Positions 1 to 31,480 of a stretch of 64,000 nucleotides of DNA are shown here, in pieces. The DNA is from the human T2T-CHM13v2.0 reference genome, Homo sapiens. The notes beneath the pieces are model-generated. The model saw only the letters and a program-made list of their open reading frames with translations. It was not told where the DNA came from and made no database searches. The position numbers were made by a program, and so were the translations under genes. The DNA lies in assembly GCF_009914755.1 (NCBI RefSeq), contig NC_060934.1. One strand, 5' to 3'. Position 1 is the stretch's first letter. Each line of letters starts with the position of its first letter.

Positions 1-3000
1 ACACATCACAGGGAGGTTTCTCAGAATGCATCTGTGCAGTTTTTATGTGAAGATATTTCCTTTTCCACCATAGGCCTGAAAGCACTCCAAATATCCACTT
101 GAAGATTCTGTGAATAGAGTGTGTCAAAACTGCTCAATCAAAAGAAAGGTTCAATTCTGTGAGATGAGTGCACACAAAACAACAAGTTTCTCAGAATGCT
201 TCTGTGCAGTTATTATGTGAAGATCATTCCTTTTCTACAACAGGCCTAAAAGAGCTCCAAATATCCGCCTGCAGATTCTACAAAAAGAGTGTTTCCAAAC
301 TCCTCAATCAAAAGAGAGGTTCAACTCTGTGATATGAATGCACACATCACAAAGAAGTTTCTCAGAATGCTTCTGTGTAGTTTTTATGTGAAGATACTTC
401 CTTTTCCACATTATGCCACAAAGGGCTCCAAATATGCATGTGCAGATTCTACTAAAGGAGAGTTTCAAAACTGCTCTATCAAAAGATAGGTTCACCTCTG
501 TGAGTTGAATGCACACATTACAAAGAAGTTTCCCAGAATGCTTCTGTGTAGTTTTTATGTGAAGATATATCCTTCTCCACCATAGGCCTCAAAGTGCTCA
601 AAATATCCAATTGCAGATTCTACAAAAAAAGTGTTTCAAAACTGTGCAATCAAAAGAAAGATTCAACTCTGTGAGAAGAATGCACACATCACAAAGAAGT
701 TTCTCAGAATGCTTCTGTGTAGTTTTTTTGTGAAGATATTTCCTTTTCCAGCATAGGCTGCAAAGGGCTCCAAATATTCACTTGCAGATTCTACAAAAAG
801 AGACTTTGAAAACTGCTCTATGAAAAGATAGGTTCAACTCTGTGAGATGAATGCACACATCACTAAGAAATTTCTCAGAATTCTTCTGTGTAGTTTCTAA
901 GTGAAGTTATTTCTTTTTCCACCATAGGCCACAAAGGGCTTAAAATAACCACTTCCAGATTCTACAAAAATATAGTTTCAAAACTGTTCTATCAAAATGT
1001 CTGTTCAACTCAGCGAGTTGAATGCACACATCACAAAGAAGTTTCACAGAATGTTTCTGTGTAGTTTTTACATGAAGATATTTCCTTTTCCACCAGAGGC
1101 CTCAAAACGCTCCAAATATCCACTTGCAGATCCTACAAAAAGAATGTTTCAAAACTGCTTAATCAAAAGAAAAGTTCAACTCTGTGAGATGAATGCACAC
1201 ATCACAAAGAAGTTTCTCAGAATGCCTCTGTGTAGTTTTTATGTAAAGATATCTCCTTTTCCACAATAGGCTGCAAATGGCTCCAAATATCCACTTGTAG
1301 ATTCTACAAAAAGAGTGTTTCTAAACTGCTCTATCAAAAGATATGTTCAACACAGTGAGATGAATGAACACATCACAAAGAAGTTTCTCAGAATGCTTCT
1401 GTGTAGTTTTTATGTGAAGATATTTCCTTTCCCACCATAGGCCTCAAAGCGCTCAAAACATCCCCTTGGAGATTCTACAAAAATAGTGTTTCAAAACTGC
1501 GCAAATGAATGTTTCAACACTGTGAGATGAATGCTCACATCACAAAGAAATTTCTCACAATGCTTCTGTGTAGTTTTTAATGGGAAGATATTTCCTTTCC
1601 CACCATAGGCCTCAAAGCGCCCAAAACATCCCCTTGGAGATTCTACAAAAATAGTGTTTCAAAACTGTGCAAATGAATGTTTCAATACTGTGAGATGAAT
1701 GCTCACATCACAAAGAAATTTCTCACAATGCTTCTGTGTAGTTTTTAATGGGAAGATATTTCCTTTACCACCATCGGCCCCAAAGGGCTCCAAATAACCA
1801 CTTGCAGATTCTACAAAAAGAGAGTTGCAAAACTGCTCTATCAAAAGATAGGTTCAACTCTGCGAGTTGAATGCCCACATCACAAAGAAGTTTCTGAGAA
1901 TGCTTCTGTGTGGTTTTACGTGAAGATATTTCCCTTTCCACGACAGGCCACAAGGGGCGCCAAATATCCACTTGCAGATTCTACAAAAAGAGAGTTTCAA
2001 AACTGCTCTAACAACAGATAGGTTCAACTCTGTGAGATGAATGCACACATCACAAAGATGTTTCTCAGAATGCTTCTGTGTAGCTTTTATGTGAAGATAT
2101 TTCCTTTTCCACCATAGGCCTCAAATCGCTCCTAATATCCACTTGCAGATTCTACAAAAATAATGTTTCCAAACTGCTGAATCAAAAGAGAGGTTCAACC
2201 CTGTGAGATGAATGAACACATCACAAAGAAGTTTCCTAATGCTTCTGTGTAGTTTTTATGTGAAAATATTTCGTTTCAACCATAGGCTGCAAAGGGCTCC
2301 AAATATCGACTTGCAGATTCTACAAAAAGAGAATTTCAAAACTGCTCTATCAAAAAATACATTCAACTCTGTGAGATATATGTGCACATCACAAAGAAGT
2401 TTCTCAGAATGCTTCTGTGTAGTTTTTATGTGAAAATATTTCCTTTTCCCCCATAGGCCTCAAAGCTTTCCAAATATCCACTTGCAGATTCTACAAAAAG
2501 AGTATTTCAAAACTGCTCAATCAAAGAAAATGTTCAACTCTGTGAGATGAATGCACACATCACAAGGAAGATTCCCAGAATGCTTCTTTGCAGTTTTTAT
2601 GTGAAGATATTTCGTTTTCCACAATAGGCCTCAAAGTGCTCCAAATATCCACTTGCACATTGTAGAAAAAGAGTGTTTCAAAACTGCTCAATCAAAAGAA
2701 ATCTTCATCTCTGTGAGATAAATGCACACATCACAAAGAGGTTTCTCAGAATGCTTCTGTGTAGTTTTTACATGAAGATATTTCCTTTTCCACAATAGGC
2801 CTTAAAGTGCTCAAAATGTCTACTTGCATATTCTATAGAAAGTGTTTCAAAACTGCTCAGTCAAATGAAAGGTTCAACTCTTTGAGATGAATGCACACAT
2901 CACAAAGAAGTTTCTCAGAACGCTTCTGTGTAGTTTTTATGGAAAGATATTTCCTTTTCCATCACCGGCCACAAAGGGCTCAAAATAACCACTTGCAGAT

Positions 3001-3897
3001 TCTACAAAAAGAGAGTTTCAAACTCTTCTATCAAGTGATAGGTTCAACTCTGCGAGTTGAATGCACACATCACAAAGTAGTTTCTCAGAATCCTTCTTTG
3101 TAGTTTCTGTGTGAAGGTATTTCCTTTTCCACCATAGGAGTGAAAGTGCTCCAAATATCCCCATGCAGATTCTGTGAAAAGAGTGTTTCTAAACTGCTCA
3201 ATGAAAAGAAATTTTCAACTCTGTGAGATGGATGCAGACAAAACAAAGAAGCTTCTCAGAATGCTTCTGTGTAGTTTTTATGGGAAAATATTTCCTTTTC
3301 CACCATAGGCTGCAAAGTGCTCAAAATATCCACTTACAGATTTTACAAAAAGAGTGTTTCCAAGCTGCTCAATCAAAAGAGAGGTTCAACCCTGTGAGAT
3401 GAATGAACACATCACAAAGAAGTTTCTCTGAATGCTTCTGTGTAGTTCTTATGTGAAGATATTTCCTTTTCCACCATGGGCTGCAAAGGGCTCCAAATAT
3501 CCACTTGCAGGTTCTACAAAAAGAGAGTTTCAAAACTGCTCAACCCAAAGATACTTTCAACTCTGTGAGATGTATGCACACATCACAAAGAAGTTTCTCA
3601 GAATGCTTCTGTGTAGTTTTTAAGTGAAGATATTTCCTTTTCCACCATAGGCCTCAAAGCTCTCCAAATATCCACTTGCAGATTCCATGAAAAGAGTGAT
3701 TCAAAACTGCTCAATCAAAGGAAAGATTCAACTCTGTGAGATGAATGCACACATCACAAAGTAATTTCTCAGAATGCTTCTGTGTAGTTTTTATGTGAAG
3801 ATATTTCCTTTTCCACAGTAGGCCTCAAAGCGCTCCAAATATCCAGTTGCAGATTCTATAAAAAGAGTGTTTCCAAACTGCTCAATCAAAAGAGAGG

Positions 3898-3899
<2 letters not shown>
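1..3899. repeat. Monomeric alpha satellite, block 1
   Basis: ~171-bp periodicity of CACATCACAAAGAAGTTTCTCAGAATGCTTCTGTGTAG...AAATATCCACTTGCAGATTCTAC. Monomers are diverged and no CENP-B box is visible. Confidence 0.98.
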
Positions 3900-6204
<2,305 letters not shown>

Positions 6205-9200
6205 AAAAGGTAGGGTTAAATCTGTGAGATTAATGCACACATCACAAACAAGTGTCTTAGGATGTTTCTGTTAGTTTTTAGGTGAAGATATTTCCTTTTC
6301 CACCATAGGACTCAAAGTGCTCCAAATATCCACTTGCAGATTCTACAAAAAGAGAGGTTCAAACTGCTCTATCAAAAGATACGTTCAACTCTGTGAGATG
6401 AATGCACACATCACAAAGAAGTTTCTCAGAATGCTTCTATGTAGTCTTTAGGTGAAGACATTTCCTTTTCCACCATAGGACTAAAAGGCCTCCAATATCC
6501 AGTTGCAGATCCATTTTTCATAATGTTTCTGTGTAGTTTTTATATGAAGAGATTTCCTTATATGAAAAGAGTGTTTCAAAACTGCTCCATCAAAAGAAAT
6601 GTTCAACTCTGTGAGATGAATGCACACATCACAAAAAAGTTTCTCTGAATGCTTCTGTGTAGTTTATATATGAAGATATTTCCTTTTCTACAATAGGCCT
6701 CATAGCACTCCAAATATCCATTTGCAGATTCTACAAAAAGAGTGTTGCAAAACTGCGCAGTCAAAAGAGAGGTTCACAGCTGTGAGAAGAATGCACACAT
6801 CACAAAGAAGTTTCTGAGAATGCTTCTGTCTAGTTTTTATGTGAAGATATTTCCTTTTCCACCATAGGCAGCAAAGGGCTCCAGATATCCACATGTACAT
6901 ATTACAAAAAGAGAGTTTCAAAACTGCACTATGAAAAGATAGGTTCATCTCTGTGAGTTGAATGCACACATCACAAAGTAGTTTCTGGTAATGCTTCTGT
7001 GTAGTTTTTATGTGAAGATATTTCCTTTTCCACAATAGGCTTCAAAGCGTGCCCAATATCCAATTGCAGATTCTACAAAAAGAGTGTTTCAATACTGCCC
7101 ATTCAAAAGAAAGTTTCAACTATGTGAGATGAATGCACACATCACAACGAAGTTTCTCTGAATGCTTCTGTGTAGTTTTTATGTGATGATATTTCCTTTT
7201 CCACCATAGTCCTCAAAGGGCTCCAAGTATCCACTTGCAGATTCTATGAAAAGAGTGTTTCAAAGCTGTTCAAACAAAACAAAGGTTCGACTCTGTTAGA
7301 TGAATGCACACATCCCAAAGAAGTCTCTCAGAATGCTTCTGTGTAGGTTTTATGTGAAGATATTTCCTTTTGCACAATAGGCCTAAAAGCGCTCCAAATA
7401 TCCACTTGCAGATTTACAAAAAGTGGTTTCCACACTGCCCAATTAAAAGTAAGGTTCAACTCTGTGAGATGAATGCACATATCACAAAGAAGTTTCTCAC
7501 AATGCTTCTGTGTAGTTATTAAGGGAAGATATTTTCATTTCCAACCTAGGCCACAAAGGGCTCCGAATATACACTTCCAGATTCTACAAAAAGAGAGTTT
7601 CAAATCTACACTTGCAAAAGGTAGGTTCAAGTCAGTGAGTTGAATGCACACATCACAAAGAAGTTTATCAGAATGTTACTGTGTATTTTTCATATAAAGA
7701 TATTTCCTTTTCCACCATAGGCCTCAAAGCACTCCAACTATCCACTTCCTGATTCAACAAAAAGAGTGTTTCAAAACTGCTCTATCAAAAGAAAGTTTAA
7801 GCACTGTAGTTGAATGCACACATCACAAAGAAGTTTATGAGAAAGTTTCTGTCTAGTTTTTATGGGAAGATATTCCCTCTTCCACCATAGGCCTCAAAGC
7901 TCTCCAAATATTCACTTGCAGATTCTACAAAAAGAGGGTTTCAAAACTGCTGCATCAAAAGAAATTTTCAACACTTTTATTTGAAAGCACACATCACAAA
8001 GAAGTTTCTGGAATGTTTCTGTCTAGTTTTTATGTGAAGATATTTCCTTTTCCAAATTAGGACACAGAGTGCTCCAAATATCCACTTGCAGATTCCACAA
8101 AAAGAGGGTTTCAAAACTGCTCCATCAAAAGAAATGTTCACCTGTGTGAGATGAATGCACACATCACAAAGAAGTTTCTGAGAATGCTACTGTCTAGTTT
8201 TTATGTGAAGATATTTCTTTTTCTACCATAGGCCTCAAAACGATGCAAATATCCACTTGCAGATTCTACAAAAAGAGTGTTTCAAAACTGCTCTATCAAA
8301 AGAAAGGGTCAACTCTGTGAGTTGAATGCACACATCAAAAAGAAGTTTCTGAAAATGCTTCTGTCTAGTTTTTCAGTGAAGACATTTCCTTTTCCATTAT
8401 AGGCCTCAAAGCACTCAAAAATATCCACTTGCAGATTCTACAAAAAGAGTGTTTCAAAATTGCTCTATCGAAAGAAACGTTCAACTCTGTGAGTTGAATG
8501 CACACATCACAAAGAAGTTTCTGAGAATGCTTCTCTCTAGTTTTTAGGGGAAGATATTACCATCTGCATCATAGGCCTCAAACACTCCAAATATCAACTT
8601 GCAGATTCTACAAAGAGTGTTTCAACACTGTTCTATCAAAAGAAAAGTTCAACTCTGTGATTTGAATGCACACATCACAAATAAGTTTCTGAGAATGCTT
8701 CTCTTTAGTTTTAATGGGAAGATATTTCCCTTTCCACCGTAGGCCTCAAAGTGCTCCAAATATCCACTTGCAGATTCTACGAAAAGAGTGTTTCAAAACT
8801 GCTCAATCAAAAGAAAGGTTCAACTCTGTGATTTGAATGCACACATTACAAAGAAGTCTCTGAGAATGCTTCTGTCTAGTTTTTATGGGAGGATATTTCC
8901 TTTTCCACTATAGGCCTCAAAGTGCTCCAAATATCCAGTGTCAGATTCTACAAAAAGAGTGTTTCAAAACTGTTCTATCAAAAGAAGCTTCAAGTCTGTG
9001 AGTTGAATGCACAAATCACAAAGAAGTTTCTAAGAATGCTTCTGTCTAGTTTTTATGGGAAGATATTTCCTTTTCCACCATAGTCCTCAAAGTGCTCCAA
9101 ATACCCAACTGGAGATTCTACAAAAAGAGTGATTCAAAACTGATCAATCCAAAGAAATGTTCAACTCTGTGAGCTGAATGCACACATCAAAAAGAAGTTT

Positions 9201-9817
9201 CTGAGAATGCTTCTCTCTAGTTTTTTTGTGAAGATATTTCCTTTTCCACCATAGGCCTCAAAGCACTCCGAATATCCACTTGCAGATTCTTCAAAAAGAG
9301 TGTTTCAAAACTGCTTTATCAAAAGAAAGGGTCAACTATATGAGTGGAATGCACACATCACAAAGAACTTTCTGAGAATGCTTCTGTCTAGATTGTATCG
9401 GACGATATTTGCTTTTCCACCGTAGGGCTCAAAGCGCTCCCAATATCCACTTGCAGATTCTACAAAAAGAGTGTTTCAAAACTGCTCTATCAAAAGAACG
9501 GTTCAACTCTGCGAGTTGAATGCACACATCAGAAAGAGGTTTCTGATAATGCTTCTGTCTAGTTTTTATGGGAAGGTATTTCCTTTTCCACTATAGGCCT
9601 CATAGCGATCCAAATATCCACTTGCAGATTCTACAAAAAGAATGATTCAAAACTAGCTCAGTCAAAGGAAAGGATCAACTCTGAGTTGAATGCACACATA
9701 CAAAGAAGTTTCAGAGAATGCTTCTGTCTAATTTTCATAAGAAGATATTTCCTTTTCCACCATAGGCCTCAAAGCATTCCAAATATCCACTTGCAGATTC
9801 TACAAAACGAGTGTTTC
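6205..9817. repeat. Monomeric alpha satellite, block 2
   Basis: 171-bp periodicity. Monomers switch from the CTGTGTAG type to the CTGTCTAG type near 7800. Confidence 0.97.
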
Positions 9818-21674
<11,857 letters not shown>

Positions 21675-21893
21675 TTTTTTTTATTATTATTATACTTTAA
21701 GTTTTAGGGTACATGTGCACAATGTGCAGGTTAGCTACATATGTATACATCTGCCATGCCGGTGTGCTGCACCCACTAACTCGTCATCTAGCATTAGGTA
21801 TATCTCCCAATGCTATCCCTCACCCTTACTCCCACCCTACAGCAGTCCCCAGAGTGTGATGTTCCCCTTCCTGTGTCCATGTGTTCTCATTGT

Positions 21894-25710
<3,817 letters not shown>

Positions 25711-25773
25711 GATGATGTTAGCTGGTTATTTTGCTCGTTAGTTGACGCAGTTTCTTCCTAGTCTAGATGGACT

Positions 25774-26790
25774 TTATATTTTGGCATGATTTTGCAGCAG
25801 CTGGTACCGGTTGTTCCTTTCCATGTTTAGCGCTTCCTTCAGGAGCTCTTTTAGTGCAGGCCTGGTGGTGACAAAATCTCTCAGCATTTGCTTGTCTGTA
25901 AAGTGTTTTATTTCTCCTTCACTTATGAAGCTTAGTTTGGCTGGATATGAAATTCTGGGTTGAAAATTCTTTTCTTTAAGAATGTTGAATATTGGCCCCC
26001 ACTCTCTTCTGGCTTGTAGGGTTTCTGCTGAGAGATCTGCTGTTAGTCTGATGGGCTTCCCTTTGAGGGTAACCCGACCTTTCTCTCTGGCTGCCCTTAA
26101 CATTTTTTCCTTCATTTCAACTTTGGTGAATCTGACAACTATGTGTCTTGGTGTTGCTCTTCTCAAGGAGTATCTTTGTGGTGTTCTCTGTATTTCCTGA
26201 AACTGAAGGTTGGCCTGCCTTGCTAGATTGTTGAAGTTCTCCTGGATAATATCCTGCAGAGTGTTTTCCAACTTGGTTCCATTCTCCCTGTCACTTTCAG
26301 ATACACCAATCAGACATAGATTTGGTCTTTTCACATAGTCCCACATTTCTTGGAGGCTTTGCTCATTTCTTTTTATTCCTTTTTCTCTAAACGTCCCTTC
26401 TCACTTCATTTCATTCATTTCATCTTCCATTGCTGATACCCTTTCTTCCAGTTGATCGCAACGGCTCCTGAGGCTTCTGCATTCTTCACGTAGTTCTCGA
26501 GCCTTGGTTTTCAGCTCCATCAGCTCCTTTAGGCACTTCTCTGTATTGGTTATTCTAGTTATACATTCTTCTTAATTTTTCTCACAGTTTTCAACTTCTT
26601 TGCCTTTGGTTTGAATGTCCTCCCATAGTTCGGCATAATTTGATCATCTGAATCCTTCTTCTCTCACCTCATCAAAGTCATTCTCCATGCAGCTTTGTTC
26701 CATTGCTGGTAAGGAACTCTGGTCCTTTAGAGGAGGAGAGGTGCTCTGCTTTTTAGAGTTTCCAGTTTTTCTGCTCTGTTTTTTCCCCAT
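25774..26790 (-). pseudogene. ORF1: Disrupted L1 ORF1 of L1-c
   Basis: ATGGGG start at 26790 and a 1017-nt span matching a 338-aa ORF1. The C-terminal 190 aa are open (WDYVKRPNL, REKG, ARR, YPAKLS motifs). An early TGA lies near 26645. Confidence 0.9.
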
Positions 26791-27094
26791 CTTTGTGGTT
26801 TTATCTACTTTTGGTCTTTGATGATGTTGATGTACAGATGGGTTTTTGGTGTGGATGTCCTTTCTGTTTGTTAGTTTTCCTTCTAAGAGACAGGACCCTC
26901 AGCTGCAGGTCTGTTGGAGTACCCGGCCTTGTGACGTGTCAGTCTGCCCCTGCTGGCGGGTGCCTCCCAGTTAGGCTGCTCGGGGGTGAGGGGTCTGGGA
27001 CCCACTTGAGGAGGCAGTCTGCCCATTCTCAGATCTCCGGCTGCATGCTGGGAGAACCACTGCTCTCTTCAAAGCTCAGATGGAAATGCAGATG

Positions 27095-30000
27095 GATATT
27101 TCCTTTCTACAATAGGCCTCAAAGCACTCCAAATATCTACTTACAGATTCTACAAAAAAATTCAAAACTGCTCTATCAAAAGATAGGTTCAACGATGTGA
27201 AATGAATGCACACATCACAAAGAAGTTTCTCAGAATGCTTCTGTGTAGTTTTTATGTGAAGATGTTTTCTTTTTAACCATAGGCCTCTAAGCGCTCCAAA
27301 TCTTCACTTGCAGATTCTACAAAAAGAGTGTTTCAAAACTGCTCAATCAAGAGAAAGGTTCAACTCTGGGAGATGAATGCATACATCAAAAAGTAGTTTC
27401 TCAGAATGCTTCCGTGTAGGTTTTATGTGAAGATATTTCCTTTTCCACCTTAGTCCACAAAGGGCTCCAAATATCCACTTGCAGATTCTACAAGAAGAGA
27501 GTTTCAAAACTGCTCTATTAAAAGATAGGTTCATCTCTGTGAGATGAGTGCACATATCACAAACAAGTTTCTGAGAATGATTCTGTCTAGTTTTTATATG
27601 AAGATATTTCCTTTTCCACCATAGGCCCCAAAGCGCTTCAAATATCCACTTGCAGATTCTACAAAAAGAGTGTTTCAAAACTGTTCAATCAAAAGAAAGT
27701 TCAGCTCTGTGAGATAAATGGACACATCACAAATAAGTTTCCCAGAATGCTTCTGTGTAGTTTTCATGTGGAGATATTTCCTTTTCCACAATAGGCCACA
27801 AAGGGCTCCAAATATTCACTTGCAGATTCTACAAAATGAGATTTCAAAACTGCTCTGTCAAAAGATAGCTTCAACACTGTGAGATGAATGCACACGTCAC
27901 TAAGAAGTTTCTGAGAATGCTTCTGTGTAGTTTTTATGTGAAGACATTTCTTTTTGCACCATAGGCCTCAAAGCACTCCAAATCTCCACTTGTAGAATAT
28001 ATAAAAAGATTGATTCAAAACTGCTCAATCAAAAGAAAGGTTCAACTCGGTTAGATGAATGCACACATCACAAAGTACTTTCTCAGAATGCTTCTGTGTA
28101 GTTTTTATGTGAAGACATTTCCTTTTCCACCTTAGACTGCAAAGGGCTGCAAATATCCACTTGCAGTTTCTACAAGAAGAGAGTTTCAAAACTGCCCTAT
28201 CAAAAGATAGTTTCAAATCTGTGAGTTGAATGCACACATCACAAAGAAGTTTCAGAGAATGCTTCAGTGTAGTTTTCATGTGAAGATATTTCTTTTTGTA
28301 TAATAGGCCTCAAAGCGTTCCAAATATCCACTTACAGATACTACAAAAAAAGAGTTTCAAAACTGCTCTATCACAAGATAGGTTCAACTATGTGAGTTGA
28401 ATGCACACATCCCAAAGAAGTTTTTCAGAATGCTTCTGTGTAGTTTTCATGTGTAGATCGTTCCTTTTCCACAATAGTCCTCAAAGTGCTCCAAATCTCC
28501 ACTTGTAGATTCTACAAAAAGAGTGTTTCAAAACTACACAATCCAAAGAAAAGTTCAACTCTGAGAGATGAATGCACGTATCTCAAAGAAGTTTCTCAGA
28601 ACGCTTCTGTGTAGTTTTTATTGGAAGATATTTTCTTTTCCACCATAGGCCGCAAGGATCTCCAAATATTCACTTGCAGATTCTACAAAAGTAGAAGTTT
28701 CAAAACTGCTCAATCAAAAGATGGGTTCAACTCTATGAGATCAATGCATACATAACAAAGAAGTTTCCCATAATCCTTCTGTGTAGTTTTTATGTGAAGA
28801 TTTTTTTTCCTCCATAGGCCTCAAAGCACTCCAAATGTCCACTTGCAGATTCTACGAAAAGAACGTTTCAAAACTGCTCTATCAGAAGATAGTTTCAACT
28901 CTGTGAGTTGAATGCTCATATCACAAAGAAGTCTCTGAGAATGCTTCTGTGTAGTTTTTATGTGAACATATTTCCTTTTCCACAAAAGGCCTCAATGCGC
29001 TCCAAATATCCACTTGTAGATTCTACAAAAACAGTTTTTCAGAACTGTTAAGTCATACGAAATGTTCAGCTCTGTGAGATGAATGCACACATCATAAAGA
29101 AGTTTCTCAGAATGCTTCTGTGTAGTTTTTACAGGATGATATTTCCTTTTGTACAAATGGCCACAAAGGGCTCCAAATAACCACTTGCAGATTTTACAAA
29201 AAGTGAGTTTCAAAACTGCTCTATCAAAAGATAGGTTCAACTCTGCGAGTTGAGTGCACACATCAAAAAGAAGTTTTTCAGAATGCTTCTGTGTAGTTTT
29301 TATGTGAAGATATTTCTTTTTCCACCGTAGGCCTCATAGCTCTCCAAATATCCAGTTGCAGATTCTACAAAAAGAGTGACTCAAAACTGCTCAATCAAAA
29401 GAAAGTCTCAACTCTGTGAGAGGAATGTACACAAAGAAGATTCTGAGAATGCTTCTGTGTAGTTTTTATGTGAAGATATTTCCTTTTCTGCAATAGGCCT
29501 CAAAGCGCTCCAAATCTTCACTTGAAGATTCTACAAAAAGAGTGTTTCAAAACTGCTCAATCAAATGAAATGTTCAACTCTGTGAGATGAACACACACCA
29601 CAAACTATTTTCTCAGAATCCTTCTGTGTATTTTTATGTGAAGTTATTTCCTTTTCCACAACAGGCTTCAAAGCCCTCCAAATATCCACTTGCAGATTCT
29701 ACAAAAAGAGTGTTTCAAAACTGCTGAATCAAAAGAAAGTTTCAGCTCTGTGAGATGAATGCACACATCACAATGAAGTTCCTCAGAATGCTTCTCTGTA
29801 GTTTTTATGTGGAGATATTTCCTTTTCCACCATAGGCTGCAAAGTGCTCTAAATACTGACTTGCAGATTCTACAAAAAGAGAGGTTCAAAACTGCTCTAT
29901 CTAAAGATAGATAGGTTCAACTCTGTGAGATGAATGCACACGTCACTAAGAAGTTTCTGAGAATGCTTCTGTGTAGTTTTTATTTGAAGATATTTCCTTT

Positions 30001-30129
30001 TCTACAATAGGCCTCAAAGTGCTCTAAATATTCACTTGCAGATTTTACAAAAAGAGCGTTTCAAAACTGCTCAATCAAATGAAATGTTCAACTCTGTGAG
30101 ATGAATGCACACATCACAAAGAAGTTTCT
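27095..30129. repeat. Monomeric alpha satellite, block 4
   Basis: 171-bp periodicity, CTGTGTAG type. Confidence 0.97.
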
Positions 30130-30794
30130 CTTTTTCTTTTTTTTCATCTCATTGTCACCTTTTATTTATAAACTGGTAAGAGCACCTGAAGTCTATTTTG
30201 TTATTTATTTATTTATTTATTTATTTATTTTTTGGTATTTATTGATCACTCGGGTGTTTCTCAGTGAAGGGGATGTGGCAGGGTCATAGGATAATTGTGG
30301 TGAGAAAGTCAGCAGATAAACAGGTGAACAAAGATCTCTGGTTTTCCTAGGCAGAGTTCCCTGTGGCCTTCTGCATTGTTTGTGTCCCTGCATACTTGAG
30401 GTTAGGGAGTGGTGATGAGTCTTAACAAGCATGCTGCCTTCAAGCATCTGTTTAACAAAGCACATCTTGCACCGCCCTTAATCCCTTTAAACCTGAGTTG
30501 ACACAGCACATGTTTCAGAGAGCACTGGGTTGGGGGTAAGGTTATAGATTAACAACATCCCAAGGCAGAAGAATTTCTCTTAGTACAGAACAGAATGGAG
30601 TCTCCTATGTCTACTTCTTTCTACACAGACACAGTAACAATCTGATGTCTCTTTCTTTTCCCCACATTTCCCCCTTTTCTTTTAGAGAAAACCACCATCA
30701 TCATCATGGCCCTTTCTTGATGGTCGCTGTCTCTTCAGAGCTGTTGGGTGCACTTGCAGAAAGGCTGTCACTTCACACTTGGAAGATTGCACAG

Positions 30795-31480
30795 TGGCCA
30801 GGCAGAGGTGCTGCCCACTTCCCAGATGGGGCGGCCAGGCAGAGGTGCTCCTCACCTCCCAGATGGGGTGGCCGGGCAGAGACGCTCCTCACCTCCCAGA
30901 CGGGGCAGCCATACAGAGACACTCCTCACCTCCCAGACGGGGCAGCCATACAGAGACACTCCTCACCTCCCAGATGGGGCAGCCAGGCAGAGTCACTTCT
31001 CACTTCCCAGACAGGCTGGTGGGGCAGAGGCGTTCATCACTTCCCAGACAAGGTGGCTGGGCAGAGGCACTCCTCACTTCCTAGAAAGCATGGCATCTGG
31101 ACAGAGGCACTACTCACATCCCAGATGATTGGCAGCCAGGCAGAGGTGCTCCTCACATCCCAGACAATGGGTAGCCGGGCAGAGGTGCTCCTCACCTCCC
31201 AGATGGGGTGGCTGGGAAGAGGCGCTCCTCACTTCCCAGACAGGGCAGCCGGGCAGAGGAACTCCTCACTTCCTAGATGGGGTGGCCAGGCAGAGATGCT
31301 CCTCACATCCCAGACGGGGTGGTGGCCAGGCAGAGGCGCTCCTCACTTCCTAGAACGGGTGGCAGCTGGGCAGGGGTGCTCCTCACTTCCCAGATGGGGC
31401 AGCCGGGCATGCAGGCTCCTCACATCCCAGATGATGGGCCGCCAGGCAGAGATGCTCCTCACTTCCTAGACGGGGTGGTG
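30795..31480 (-). repeat. SVA VNTR (~37-40-bp units)
   Basis: Tandem CTCCTCAC(T/C)TCCCAGA(C/T)GGGG…GGCAGAG units. Confidence 0.92.
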
